From an uncultured Alphaproteobacteria bacterium (GTDB lineage Bacteria; Pseudomonadota; Alphaproteobacteria; SP197): a DNA stretch of 64,000 bases. The stretch's first letter is position 1, and every line of letters begins with the position of its first letter. A model generated the notes under the pieces. The model was given only the letters and a program-made list of their open reading frames with translations, was not told the origin of the DNA and ran no database searches. The position numbers and the translations under genes were made by a program. This document shows positions 9,680-19,184 of the stretch, one piece after another. The stretch spans positions 3,258 to 67,257 of the forward strand of contig CALIUG010000072.1 in the NCBI GenBank assembly GCA_938048755.1. Direction: 5' to 3'.

Positions 9680-10906
9680 ATGGCTAAAGGTTCGAATCCG
9701 AACGCCGCGAACGGTCTCGTTCGTAACGGCGGCGAAAATCACGCGAACGGTATGGTCCGCAACGGCGGGGGCAATGAAAAGTCCTATGCCGCCCACGCCG
9801 ACGCGACACAACAGATGGGTGGCGGAACGGGTCTATCGCCCGCGCTTTCGCTGGCCCATGACGACAGTTTCCTGATGGATGAAGACACCGTGCTGTCGGG
9901 CGATGTGCTGGGCAACGACGACATCATGCGTGATGGCACGGTCACACTCGCCGGTGACTCTGAAAACGGCACGGTTGTGATCGATGAAGAGGGCAATTTC
10001 ACCTATACGCCCGATGCCGACTTCTTCGGTGCCGACGGCTTCAGTTATACGTTTACCGACGTCTTTGGCAACGAGACCACGGCCACGGTCGCCATCACGG
10101 TCGAGAACGTCAATGACGTGCCGGTGGTCTCGGGGCCCATTGATCTTGGCGACACCACCGATGATGCGTCGATCACCTTCTCGGCTGCCGACCTTCTGGC
10201 GAATGCCAGCGATATCGACGGCGACACGCTTGGCGTCACCAACGTCGCGCTCGCCGATCCCTCCCAGGGAACGCTGATCGACAACGGCGACGACACCTTC
10301 ACCTTCGATCCAGCCGACGGTTTTGACGGCACGGCATCGATCGGGTTCGACGTCACCGACGGTGCGGCTTCGGTCGCTTCCTCCGCGTCGATTGATGTCG
10401 AGGCCTCGGGCCCCACGGGCGCCGGCGGCGACGGCCATATCGACTTTGACAGCGGTGTCATCACGGGAGGGCAGAACTATTTGAACGGCATCATGAATCC
10501 TGAAGGATACGTCGAGGATGGCTTTGTGTTCACGCCCATTGCCGATCCCAACCCTGCGCCGCATTCCTACGACTGGGGCATTTATCATCAGGGTTTCATT
10601 TTTCCGCTTCCCGGCGAGGATGCCGACAGCGAATTGCGTTTGAACAATGGCGGGACCACCATTCGCATCGAGCTCGAAAGCGGTGATTCGTTCTCGCTTC
10701 TGAGCATGATCCGCGATCCCGGCAGCATCAGCGGCACGGCGGTTCTCACCGGCTCGAACGGCGCGTCGGTGTATGTCTCCGGCACCTGGGGCACAGGGCC
10801 GACCACGATTGACCTCTCGGTTTTTGAAGATATCGACTATCTCGACATCTCGAAGCCGACCAATGGTGGTCAGATCGTTCTCGACGACTTCATGTACATC
10901 GCCTGA
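9680..10906 (+). CDS. cadherin-like/Ig-like (VCBS or tandem-95 type) repeat protein, probable secreted adhesin
   Basis: Repeated FTYTPDADFFGADGFSYTFTD...ATVAITVENVNDVP modules and an Asp/Gly-rich composition. No N-terminal signal peptide, so possibly a T1SS-type substrate. It is preceded by an unusually AT-rich 140-bp leader. Confidence 0.6.
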   Translation: MAKGSNPNAANGLVRNGGENHANGMVRNGGGNEKSYAAHADATQQMGGGTGLSPALSLAHDDSFLMDEDTVLSGDVLGNDDIMRDGTVTLAGDSENGTVVIDEEGNFTYTPDADFFGADGFSYTFTDVFGNETTATVAITVENVNDVPVVSGPIDLGDTTDDASITFSAADLLANASDIDGDTLGVTNVALADPSQGTLIDNGDDTFTFDPADGFDGTASIGFDVTDGAASVASSASIDVEASGPTGAGGDGHIDFDSGVITGGQNYLNGIMNPEGYVEDGFVFTPIADPNPAPHSYDWGIYHQGFIFPLPGEDADSELRLNNGGTTIRIELESGDSFSLLSMIRDPGSISGTAVLTGSNGASVYVSGTWGTGPTTIDLSVFEDIDYLDISKPTNGGQIVLDDFMYIA

Positions 10907-10972
10907 CCGGCGATCACGCTGCGACCATCGCGCCCGGCAGGTTTCGGCTTGCCGGGCGTTGTCATTTCAGCA

Positions 10973-11356
10973 TCAGATCTCGACGAGACCAGCCAGATTG
11001 TGTTCCTTGCGAAAGGTCGCGGGTTCGATTTCGACGACATCCACCGCCAGCGCCAGACCCATACCAGGGTTCAGGCCGGACACGCCGTCTTTCAGGGCGG
11101 CAAACAGCGTGTCGGCGATCTGCTGTTTTACCGCATCGCTGCGACCCGCCAGGATGCGTGCTGTGACCATGGCAAAGCGATGCTCGGGATTGCCGTCGGC
11201 CACCAGAACGCGTTCACGCCGTTCGGCACGGCTGCGCAGGGCGAGCAGGTCGATGGTGGGGCAGGTGAGCGCGGCATCATGCAGGGCCCGGACCAGCACG
11301 TTGATGTCGAGATCGCTCTCCAGATTGGCGGAATGTTCCAGGATGATGTGCGGCAT
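10973..11356 (-). CDS. 5-carboxymethyl-2-hydroxymuconate isomerase (CHMI/HpcD family)
   Basis: MPHIILEHSANL start and overall similarity to E. coli HpcD (MPHFIVECSDNI...). 127 aa. Confidence 0.7.
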   Translation of the reverse strand: MPHIILEHSANLESDLDINVLVRALHDAALTCPTIDLLALRSRAERRERVLVADGNPEHRFAMVTARILAGRSDAVKQQIADTLFAALKDGVSGLNPGMGLALAVDVVEIEPATFRKEHNLAGLVEI

Positions 11357-11368
11357 GGTCGGGGCTCC

Positions 11369-12112
11369 TCAGGGCAGAGGCCACAGGATGCAGGCATCCG
11401 CGGCACAGGCATCCAGGGCAGAATTGGTTTGCGGGCCGGCAATCCCGTCGGGGGGGCCAGGATCGTATCCTGCGTCGATCAGGGCCTGCTGATACTTCGC
11501 AACGCCTTCCATGCCATGGAGTGAAAGTGCGCGTCTGAATTCGGCTGACGCCTCTTCTCTCCTGCCCAGGGCGGCCTGAATGTGCGCCAGCGTATCGACC
11601 GCGCGCACCTCATCGGGCGCCAGCCGCAACGCTTCGCGGACATCCTCCAGGGCATGCTGCGGGTCGCCGTTCAGCAGGGCAATCCAGGCGCGCGTGTTCC
11701 AGGCGGGGTGAAAGTCCGCGTCGGCCGCCAAGGCCGCATCCATCGCGCGTGTTGCTTCGTCCAGACGCCGCTGCTTCATCAGGGCGCGTCCCAGACGGTG
11801 ATGCGCCATGGCAAGCTCTCCGGCCTCAAGTCCGCCATTCTCGATGCACAGGTCATAGAGCTTTTCTGCCTGGCGCCACGCGCTCTCTTCCATCTTTGCA
11901 TGGCCCCGGTCGCACCAGGTCAGGTCGCCAGCCCGCGCAGGCATGTCGATCCAGACACCCACCGACAGGATGCCCACCATCGCCAGAAGCGTGCTGCGGG
12001 TAAGTCGTCTGATCGGGGCATGGTCCATGCCCGATCGTGCCATGAAATCAAACAGATTGCAGCGTCCAGGCTTCAGGGTGCAATCCAGGCACTGCCAAGC
12101 CGAAAATTTCAT
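11369..12112 (-). CDS. TPR-repeat protein with C-terminal peptidoglycan-binding (PG_binding_1) domain
   Basis: Internal TPR-like helices, and a C-terminal YQQALIDAGYDPGPPDGIAGPQTNSALDA motif typical of PG-binding domain 1. An N-terminal hydrophobic segment is present. The true start may be internal. Confidence 0.55.
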   Translation of the reverse strand: MKFSAWQCLDCTLKPGRCNLFDFMARSGMDHAPIRRLTRSTLLAMVGILSVGVWIDMPARAGDLTWCDRGHAKMEESAWRQAEKLYDLCIENGGLEAGELAMAHHRLGRALMKQRRLDEATRAMDAALAADADFHPAWNTRAWIALLNGDPQHALEDVREALRLAPDEVRAVDTLAHIQAALGRREEASAEFRRALSLHGMEGVAKYQQALIDAGYDPGPPDGIAGPQTNSALDACAADACILWPLP

Positions 12113-12192
12113 GGCATGGTCTGGGAACCGCGCATCCGCCGTACTGATTCACAAGGTGGATGCAGGGCTATCGACATGGGTTCGGAATCGAC

Positions 12193-15100
12193 ATGACAGA
12201 AGATGCAGCGCCGCCACAGAGGCGCCCCTGGTATGCCAGACGCCGCATTCTTTTCAGCGGTGTTCTGCTGGCCGCGTTCGTTGCTGCGGTGGTGTTTGCC
12301 GGTGCGGCCATGCTGCGCGGCCCTCTTGAAGGGGTCCTCTCATCAGAACTGGGTCGCGACGTCTCGATCAACGGCGTCATGACCCTGGGCTGGTCGGGTG
12401 GACCGACCCTGATTGCCAGCGATGTCAGCATCGCTGGCAATACCGTTGAGGAACCGGCGGTAGAGGCCGGACGTGTCGATGTGGGTCTGGCGGTCGATCC
12501 CCTGTTGCGGGGCGAGATTGTCGTTACCCACGCCCATTTTTCGGATGTCCTGATCCGCCTTGATCAAATGGATCGAGGTGCACCTCAAGAGGATGCTGCA
12601 GACATCCTGGCTGATCCGATCTCTCCGCCGACGGCCGCCGATCTTGCGATCGTGTCGGGTGATCTTGATATCACGCTCGAGAACGTCACGGTGGAATCGG
12701 GCACCGGTGATCAACTGGTGATTGACGCACTGGAACTGACGTCGAATGCCCGGGACGGCCTTGCAGCACAAGGCAGCCTGGAACTTGGTGGTCGCTCTTT
12801 CACCCTCACACTGACCGGTGGCCGACCCGGTGATCTGGCCGGTGATCAGGCGTTTCCGATTGATCTTGTGATCTCCGACGGTGAAACGCGGCTCGAAGCC
12901 CATGGTTCGGTCGTGGACGCGCTGAGCGACCTCAATGCCGTCTTCACCCTGGATGGTCAGGGGCGTGATCTCGATGGTTTGCTCAGCGCCTTTGATGTTG
13001 CGACCGGCTTCGAGGACAACTTCGACTTCCATGCCGGCCTGTCACTGGATGACGGACTTGTCCGGGTCAGCGACCTTTCCGTCGATGCCGGAGGGTTCAG
13101 CGCCCAGGGCGACCTTGCCGTGAACCTTGTGACGCAACCCATGGCCATCTCTGGTGACCTCAAGCTCAGTGTCCTCCCGGCCCGGACCACCAGCGACGAT
13201 GATGCCCCCGGGGAACCGGAATTTGATCTGGGCGCCCTGCTTGACCGGACCGTCCCCTATCATCTGCTTGAAACCCTGGACCTCGATCTCAAGCTCGCTC
13301 TGGGCCATCACGATCTCGGGCCCTTTGCGATGGACGACATCGTGCTTCCCATCGTCCTGCAGGAGGGTCATCTGGCCATCTCGCCGATTGACGTCACGCT
13401 GGATGGCCAGGCGTTTGAAGCCCATGTCGAGGTTGACCTGGAGGGGCAGGCGGTCGCGGTGCGTGTTCTGGGCGACAACATGCCGCTTTCGGAACTGCTG
13501 ATCCGCCTGCGTCCGGACCTGGGACTCAAGGGCGATGCCAACGGTCTTGTCTTCAAGGCCGACGCGCAGGGCCAGGATCTGCGCAGCCTGCTGTCCTCGC
13601 TCAAGCTTGATCTCAGCCTCGCCAGTTTCTTTGTCGAGAACACCTATGACGATGGCACCCTCGTCGTGTTCGAGGTTGATGCGTTGAAGGCCACTGCGGG
13701 CACGGGGGAAGGCTTGCGGCTTTCGGCCAACGGCAGACTGGACAACGAAACAGCTGCGATCTCCCTGGCTGGTGGTCGTTTGCGCGATCTCTTCGATAAC
13801 GAGAACCACTGGCCCATTGAACTTCACATCGGCAACAGCCAGCGCGGCATTGAACTGGCCGGGGTTCTCACGCGGCCCGATGATCTCAAGGGCCTCCATA
13901 TGGAAGGCCTCGTGAACGCCTCCGACGTGCAGCATGTCGCCGAACTGCTGGATATCAACCTGCCCTTTCAGGGTGATGTCCAGGCCTATCTCCATGTTTC
14001 GGATCTGGAAGACGGCGTGCGGTTTGACTGGATTGATCTGGAGGTCGGCAACAGTTCGCTCAACGGGACGCTGGATGTCACCTATGCCGATGATCTTGTC
14101 GGCATTACCGGTTCGCTCACGGCACCAAACCTGAAGATCGACACCGGGGAGGGCGAAGAGAATTTTGACGCGCCTCTGCTTGAACATGGCGACCTCGATG
14201 GCGTCTATGCCGACATTGCGCTGGATATCCAGAGGATTAAGGTCGCAACAGTGCGCCTGCGTTTCATCGATGCGCATCTCAACATCAAGGACGGTGTTCT
14301 CCGGATCGATGACGCGGATGCCACGGTGTTTGAAACCGTCGCCGAGGTTCACGTGCAGGTTGATGCGTTTTCCAACCCGCCCGTGCTCTCCTTCAAGGTT
14401 GCCACCGGAGAGGTCAATCCCTCCCACGTCGGCAACGATCTGGGCATGGAGGGGTTCATGACCGGTCATATCGGCAACATCGAGGTCTCGGCACGTGCAC
14501 AGGGGGTCACCCTGCGCGACCTTTCTGATGATGCCGATGTCACACTCCTGATCGAGGATGGCGCGCTTTCGATCGGTGAAGGCGCGACGTCCCTGGAGTT
14601 TGTCTCTCTCAATCTGACGGCAAAACCCGGCCAGCCGGCATCCGGGTCGGAATCCGTGGTTCTGGCCGGTATCCCGATTGATCTCGATCTCGAGTTCGTG
14701 ACGCTGACCGATCTCTTCATCGAACCCTCCCCCTGGACGCTGACCGCGAGCGGCGCCCTGCTCGGCCTCAACTTCTCCATTGCGCGTGAGATCACCCCGG
14801 CGCTGCAGGTCTATGCTCTGCCTGTCACCATGCACATGGAATCCGATGACCTGCGCACCGCTCTGGCCGAATTCGAGATCGATCTGCCCCAGGCCCTGCC
14901 GCTCAGGACACGCGGCACACTCCAGATGCTCGATGACCGCATCGCGTTTGACCTGGAGGAGACCCAGCTTGCGAATACCGACCTGCGTGGCAAGCTTGAG
15001 GTCTGGATCGAGGGCGAGCCGCCCAGGGTCCAGGCCGATTTCGATTCCACCCTGTTCACGGTGGACGATTTCGTCGAAGCCGAACCGGTCAGCGAGATCA

Positions 15101-15927
15101 CCGATTTCGATATCGTCACCTTCCTTGCCGATCCCCTGCCGGCCTGGGAGATGCCCGATGTCGATCTGAAGGTCACTCTGGATGCGCAGACGATCCACTG
15201 GGACGGGACCGACATGACCGAAGCCAGTTTGCAGATCACCACATCCAATGACGCCATCCATCTTGATGACCTCAGCGTGCGGGTGTTCAACGGCAAGGTG
15301 CTGGGAAGCCTTTCGCTCCAGCCCGTGGGTGATGCAACCCATGCCATTGCATCGCTGGATGTCGAGGAAATCGATGCCGACGATGTCTTCCGCCTGACCG
15401 GCATTGCCGAAGAAGCTGCCGGCGAACTGGAACTGCTTCTGAAAGTCGATACCTCGGGAACGTCGACGGGTGGGATGCTTGGCGCGCTGGACGGCAGCAT
15501 GCTGCTCAAGCGTGGCGAAGGCTGGATCAAGTCGGGCGCGATCGAGATCCTGAACGAGGATCTTTTCACTGCCCTGCTCAGCCCCGCCGGGCGCATTCCG
15601 GTGCGCTGTACCGTAGTCGATCTTGCCTTCCAAGCGGGCCAAGGCACGTTCGGTGAATCCTTCGTCGCACTTCAGAACGTCGTGCTGGGCATTGTCGGGT
15701 CCCTCAATCTCGACGCCATGACAATCAACGCCGAGGTGATCACCAAGTCCCTGGACGGCACCTTCATGCGTCTGCTCACCCCGGTACGCGTCAACGGCGA
15801 TCTGCTCGATCCCGACATCGGCCCGCGCACCGGCGACCTCATCTCCGGCCTGGGTGCGGCCCTGTTCGGCGCCGGCCCCACCTATGACGGCGACATCAAC
15901 GCCAAATGCGCCGCCGCGGCGGGGTGA
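12193..15927 (+). CDS. AsmA-family envelope protein (AsmA/TamB-like), about 1245 aa
   Basis: N-terminal single TM anchor (ILFSGVLLAAFVAAVVFAGAAML), then a very long Asp/Leu/Gly-rich beta-rich region typical of AsmA-like proteins. The long antisense ORF 13042-15642 is a GC artefact. Confidence 0.65.
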   Translation: MTEDAAPPQRRPWYARRRILFSGVLLAAFVAAVVFAGAAMLRGPLEGVLSSELGRDVSINGVMTLGWSGGPTLIASDVSIAGNTVEEPAVEAGRVDVGLAVDPLLRGEIVVTHAHFSDVLIRLDQMDRGAPQEDAADILADPISPPTAADLAIVSGDLDITLENVTVESGTGDQLVIDALELTSNARDGLAAQGSLELGGRSFTLTLTGGRPGDLAGDQAFPIDLVISDGETRLEAHGSVVDALSDLNAVFTLDGQGRDLDGLLSAFDVATGFEDNFDFHAGLSLDDGLVRVSDLSVDAGGFSAQGDLAVNLVTQPMAISGDLKLSVLPARTTSDDDAPGEPEFDLGALLDRTVPYHLLETLDLDLKLALGHHDLGPFAMDDIVLPIVLQEGHLAISPIDVTLDGQAFEAHVEVDLEGQAVAVRVLGDNMPLSELLIRLRPDLGLKGDANGLVFKADAQGQDLRSLLSSLKLDLSLASFFVENTYDDGTLVVFEVDALKATAGTGEGLRLSANGRLDNETAAISLAGGRLRDLFDNENHWPIELHIGNSQRGIELAGVLTRPDDLKGLHMEGLVNASDVQHVAELLDINLPFQGDVQAYLHVSDLEDGVRFDWIDLEVGNSSLNGTLDVTYADDLVGITGSLTAPNLKIDTGEGEENFDAPLLEHGDLDGVYADIALDIQRIKVATVRLRFIDAHLNIKDGVLRIDDADATVFETVAEVHVQVDAFSNPPVLSFKVATGEVNPSHVGNDLGMEGFMTGHIGNIEVSARAQGVTLRDLSDDADVTLLIEDGALSIGEGATSLEFVSLNLTAKPGQPASGSESVVLAGIPIDLDLEFVTLTDLFIEPSPWTLTASGALLGLNFSIAREITPALQVYALPVTMHMESDDLRTALAEFEIDLPQALPLRTRGTLQMLDDRIAFDLEETQLANTDLRGKLEVWIEGEPPRVQADFDSTLFTVDDFVEAEPVSEITDFDIVTFLADPLPAWEMPDVDLKVTLDAQTIHWDGTDMTEASLQITTSNDAIHLDDLSVRVFNGKVLGSLSLQPVGDATHAIASLDVEEIDADDVFRLTGIAEEAAGELELLLKVDTSGTSTGGMLGALDGSMLLKRGEGWIKSGAIEILNEDLFTALLSPAGRIPVRCTVVDLAFQAGQGTFGESFVALQNVVLGIVGSLNLDAMTINAEVITKSLDGTFMRLLTPVRVNGDLLDPDIGPRTGDLISGLGAALFGAGPTYDGDINAKCAAAAG

Positions 15928-18006
15928 TCAGGCACCGTCCACACGTTCGATCTCGGGCATTTCCCGACGGAACGGCACGGCGTCTTCGTCGATCCGGGCT
16001 TCCAGATTGCGGGCGTGTTTATGGCCGGAATAGACCGCTGCTGCGATGGTCCCCGGTGCATAGGCATCTCCCAACAGGCTCACCGTTTCCACGCCGGCAG
16101 TCTGCCAGTCGTCCTTCTTGTCCTTCAGCTCCAGATAGAGAGCGTCGTTGGGAAGCCGTGCCGTGACGGGAACAACGGTGTCGCAGGCCAGCGTCTGGCG
16201 CCGTCCCGTGAAGACACATTCAACGGTCACGGAACCACCGTTCACCGCCACGATGGTGTGGTTGACCAGAAGGGTCTCAAAGGCTTCTGCGACTGCGCGG
16301 TGAATCCGGTGCTGGTCAAGCGCCGCCGTTGACCAGGACGACACGATGCCGGCCGGTGTCACTAACGAGACCGTATTGCCTTCGCCGGCGAGCAGCTCCG
16401 CCATGACACTGGCCATGTAGTAGTGGTCATCGTCATAGATCAGGTAATGGCTGCCCCGGCGTTGACCGGCCAGAAGGTCGTCGGGCGTCAGGCCTTGATC
16501 CGACAGGCCCAGCACCGCGTGCTGATGATGGCGCGCCACCCCGTCCCGGCGCCAGGTCGAGCCCGTGGCGATCATGATGTGACGAAAGCCGAACTCTAGG
16601 GCGTCGGCGCAGCCGATCTCGCTTTCGAGATAGGTCTCGACATTGGGCATGATGCCGATCTGGTTGGTCCGGTAATCGGCGACCCGCCCCCATGTTGCCA
16701 GACCCGGCAGTCCGGCCTCATGGCGCACGCGTCCGCCCAATTCTGCATCACGTTCAGCCAGGGTGACCCCGTAACCCCGCTCACCCAGCAGGCGCGCACA
16801 TTCAAGACCGGCCGGTCCGCCACCCACGATCAGAACCGAAGAATCCGAAGTCTTTGGCGCAACGCGTTCAGGATGCCAGCCCTTGCGCCATTCCTCACCT
16901 TGGGTCGGGTTCTGCGTGCACCGGATCGGCACCGCGATCTCGTCATGGGCAACACAGATGTTGCACCCGATGCACTCGCGGATGTCGTCGATGCGCCCCT
17001 CTTCGATTTTCTTCGGCAGGAACGGATCGGCGATGGAGGGACGAGCCGCCCCGATAAAGTCGATCAGACCCCGCCTGACCTGGGACACCATGGTATCGGG
17101 TGAGGTAAACCGGCCTACCCCCACGACGGGTTTTGTCGTCAGCTTCTTGATGTTGAGGATGTAGGGCTCCTCGACTGCCTCGGGCGCGAACCGTGATGTC
17201 TGGGAGTCATTGGACCAGTCCGAAAGCGTGACGTCCCAGAGGTCGGGCAGTTCGGCCAGCATGCCGATGGCATCCTCTGCTTCGTGGAGTTCCAGCCCCT
17301 TGCCGCCGACCAGTTCATCCAGACTGATGCGCACCGCGACGGCGGCGCGGCCCGCAACTTCATCCAGCGTGTCTTCCAGGATCTCGCGCAACAGCCGCAC
17401 GCGGTTTTCCAGACTGCCGCCGTAGGCATCGTCGCGATGGTTCCAGCGCGGCGACAGGAAATGAAACAGGATGGAAAGATTGTGGGCGGCATAGACATAG
17501 ATGATGTCAAAATCCGCCTTCAGCGCCCGTCGCACCGCCTGGCGATGCCAGTGGCGCAGCCGTGCCAGGTCGTCTCCGTCCATGGCGCGGCACTGCACCG
17601 GATCGGGCCTGGATGTCTGAACCGGCAGGTGACTGGGGGCCAGTGGAATCTCGCGCGTATACATGCTCGACATGGCATAGGCGTTGTAGGCCAGCTCGAC
17701 GCCGGCCAGAGCGCCGTGTTCATGTACCTTTGCGGCCATCAGTTCGAGCGTGGGCAGGTCACGATCGTCCCACAGCCGCATCTCGACCAGGGGAGAGCTG
17801 TCGGCGGAGGGATGGAACTCACACTGTTCGGTGTTGACGACGGCCCACCCGCCTTCGGCCTTGATCCCCCGCATGGTTGCCATGGCAGAGGGATGCAGAT
17901 GCCCCAGGCCATTGCAGTGGGGCACCTGATAGAAGCGGTTGCGCACCGTCCTGGGTCCGATGGCGACGGGCTCGAACAGGATGTCGTAGCGTGGGTCTCT
18001 CGGCAT
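15928..18006 (-). CDS. FMN/FAD/[4Fe-4S] flavoprotein of the trimethylamine/dimethylamine/histamine dehydrogenase, 2,4-dienoyl-CoA reductase or N-methylproline demethylase family
   Basis: 692 aa. N-terminal OYE-like TIM barrel. CIGCNICV Cys cluster (Cx2Cx2C...C) for the 4Fe-4S. C-terminal Rossmann ADP-binding domain (VLIVGGGPAGLE). Confidence 0.7.
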   Translation of the reverse strand: MPRDPRYDILFEPVAIGPRTVRNRFYQVPHCNGLGHLHPSAMATMRGIKAEGGWAVVNTEQCEFHPSADSSPLVEMRLWDDRDLPTLELMAAKVHEHGALAGVELAYNAYAMSSMYTREIPLAPSHLPVQTSRPDPVQCRAMDGDDLARLRHWHRQAVRRALKADFDIIYVYAAHNLSILFHFLSPRWNHRDDAYGGSLENRVRLLREILEDTLDEVAGRAAVAVRISLDELVGGKGLELHEAEDAIGMLAELPDLWDVTLSDWSNDSQTSRFAPEAVEEPYILNIKKLTTKPVVGVGRFTSPDTMVSQVRRGLIDFIGAARPSIADPFLPKKIEEGRIDDIRECIGCNICVAHDEIAVPIRCTQNPTQGEEWRKGWHPERVAPKTSDSSVLIVGGGPAGLECARLLGERGYGVTLAERDAELGGRVRHEAGLPGLATWGRVADYRTNQIGIMPNVETYLESEIGCADALEFGFRHIMIATGSTWRRDGVARHHQHAVLGLSDQGLTPDDLLAGQRRGSHYLIYDDDHYYMASVMAELLAGEGNTVSLVTPAGIVSSWSTAALDQHRIHRAVAEAFETLLVNHTIVAVNGGSVTVECVFTGRRQTLACDTVVPVTARLPNDALYLELKDKKDDWQTAGVETVSLLGDAYAPGTIAAAVYSGHKHARNLEARIDEDAVPFRREMPEIERVDGA

Positions 18007-18183
18007 GGTGTCTGGGCCCGGAGCGGAAGACGTTGAAGTCAGCGTGAACGGTTATCGTGGCCGCAGCAAAGCATGGATTGCAATGCTGAAGCATAGGGCT
18101 TCACTTTGATCACGATCAAAGAAAGTGGGTCACGACGCGGCTTCTTCAGCGCCATCACAGATGTCATGAACAATCCCGACAAA

Positions 18184-19047
18184 TCACTCCATGGCGGTCG
18201 ATTCCCGGCTGGCGCGTTTGGTTATCAAGTGGTGTTGGGAATCATAACCCATGTCGGCTCTCGCGATCCGGGACAATTCACCGCTCTCGACCCATGGCCG
18301 GGCAAAGTGCGCCGGTAGATAGCCGATGTACCCGCCCGAGAGCAGCAGGGTCAGCATGGCTTCCATGGTCACGACTGATGCAGCCTCGCGCACGACCTTC
18401 AGCCGGGCGTTGTCGAAGTCGGCGTGATACATCCGGATGACGGCAGGATAGGTCGACAAGTCGGCGCGGGTCATGGCCCGGCGAGGTGCGTTGAACAGTG
18501 CGTGCCCCGCACCGCAGTAGAGTTCGTGGCGTTCCCGGAACAGCGGCGTGAAGGCAAGACCGGTGATCTCGCGCACGAACGGGCCGATGGCGGCGTGCAG
18601 CACGCCTTCGACCACGTCATGCTCCAGGCTCTGGCGCGATGCGACACGCAACTCGATCTGCACGTCGTTGTCGCTCTGGTTGAAGCGCCGCACGGCCTGG
18701 GCGAGTGGAAACCGGGGATGAGTCACCAGACCATCGACCATGCCGATGGCCAGCCGCCCGGCAATCAGACTCTTGGCGCCGGCCAGAACACCGGCATAGT
18801 CGTCCAGAGTTTTCAGGACCTGCCGTGTTTCCTGATAGACGACCTGGCCACGCTCGGTGAGGCGAAAGCCGCTGCGACCGCGCGAGCAGAGCCGTATGCC
18901 CAGGCGCTTTTCCAGGTTCGACATGTGAATACTGATGGTCGAAGTGGAAATGTTGAGCTGCGACTCGGCAGCCGCAAAACCGCCCGCTTCGGTCACGGCA
19001 ACAAAGATGCGCAGCATGCGCAGATCAAGATCGGAAACACGATTCAT
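18184..19047 (-). CDS. LysR-family transcriptional regulator
   Basis: N-terminal wHTH (LRIFVAVTEAGGFAAAESQLNISTSTISIHMSNLEKRLG) and a LysR substrate-binding domain. Divergent from the M24 hydrolase gene. Confidence 0.85.
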   Translation of the reverse strand: MNRVSDLDLRMLRIFVAVTEAGGFAAAESQLNISTSTISIHMSNLEKRLGIRLCSRGRSGFRLTERGQVVYQETRQVLKTLDDYAGVLAGAKSLIAGRLAIGMVDGLVTHPRFPLAQAVRRFNQSDNDVQIELRVASRQSLEHDVVEGVLHAAIGPFVREITGLAFTPLFRERHELYCGAGHALFNAPRRAMTRADLSTYPAVIRMYHADFDNARLKVVREAASVVTMEAMLTLLLSGGYIGYLPAHFARPWVESGELSRIARADMGYDSQHHLITKRASRESTAME

Positions 19048-19184
19048 GGCAATGGTTCTCCGGCGCAAAGGCACAATCGACAATTTGAGGAACCTAAAGG
19101 TCAGCTTGGAAAATTGCTAAACGTACTCAAAGCAAACAGACCTGACGATCAGGCGACAGTCACCGGTTTGCAGAGGATAGGACC

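Noticed and set aside
9690-9712. ggttcgaatcc (tRNA T-loop-like) string.
   Set aside because: It lies inside the start of the cadherin-like CDS (MAKGSNPN) and no cloverleaf can be drawn around it.
13042-15642. 866-aa minus-strand ORF antisense to the AsmA gene. Similar long antisense ORFs occur at 1465-2307, 2757-3902, 3995-4945, 5017-5805, 6632-7537, 7425-8654, 9833-10588, 19149-20606, 29789-31330, 32835-34244, 40263-41465, 41916-43001, 43169-44893, 45398-46243, 46558-47319, 47181-48074, 48424-49386, 49289-50707, 50686-51711, 51404-52426, 53032-54504 and 56252-57040.
   Set aside because: Arg/Gly/Pro-rich, low-complexity translations that are typical of antisense frames in about 65% GC DNA. 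The opposite strand carries genes with clear family motifs.
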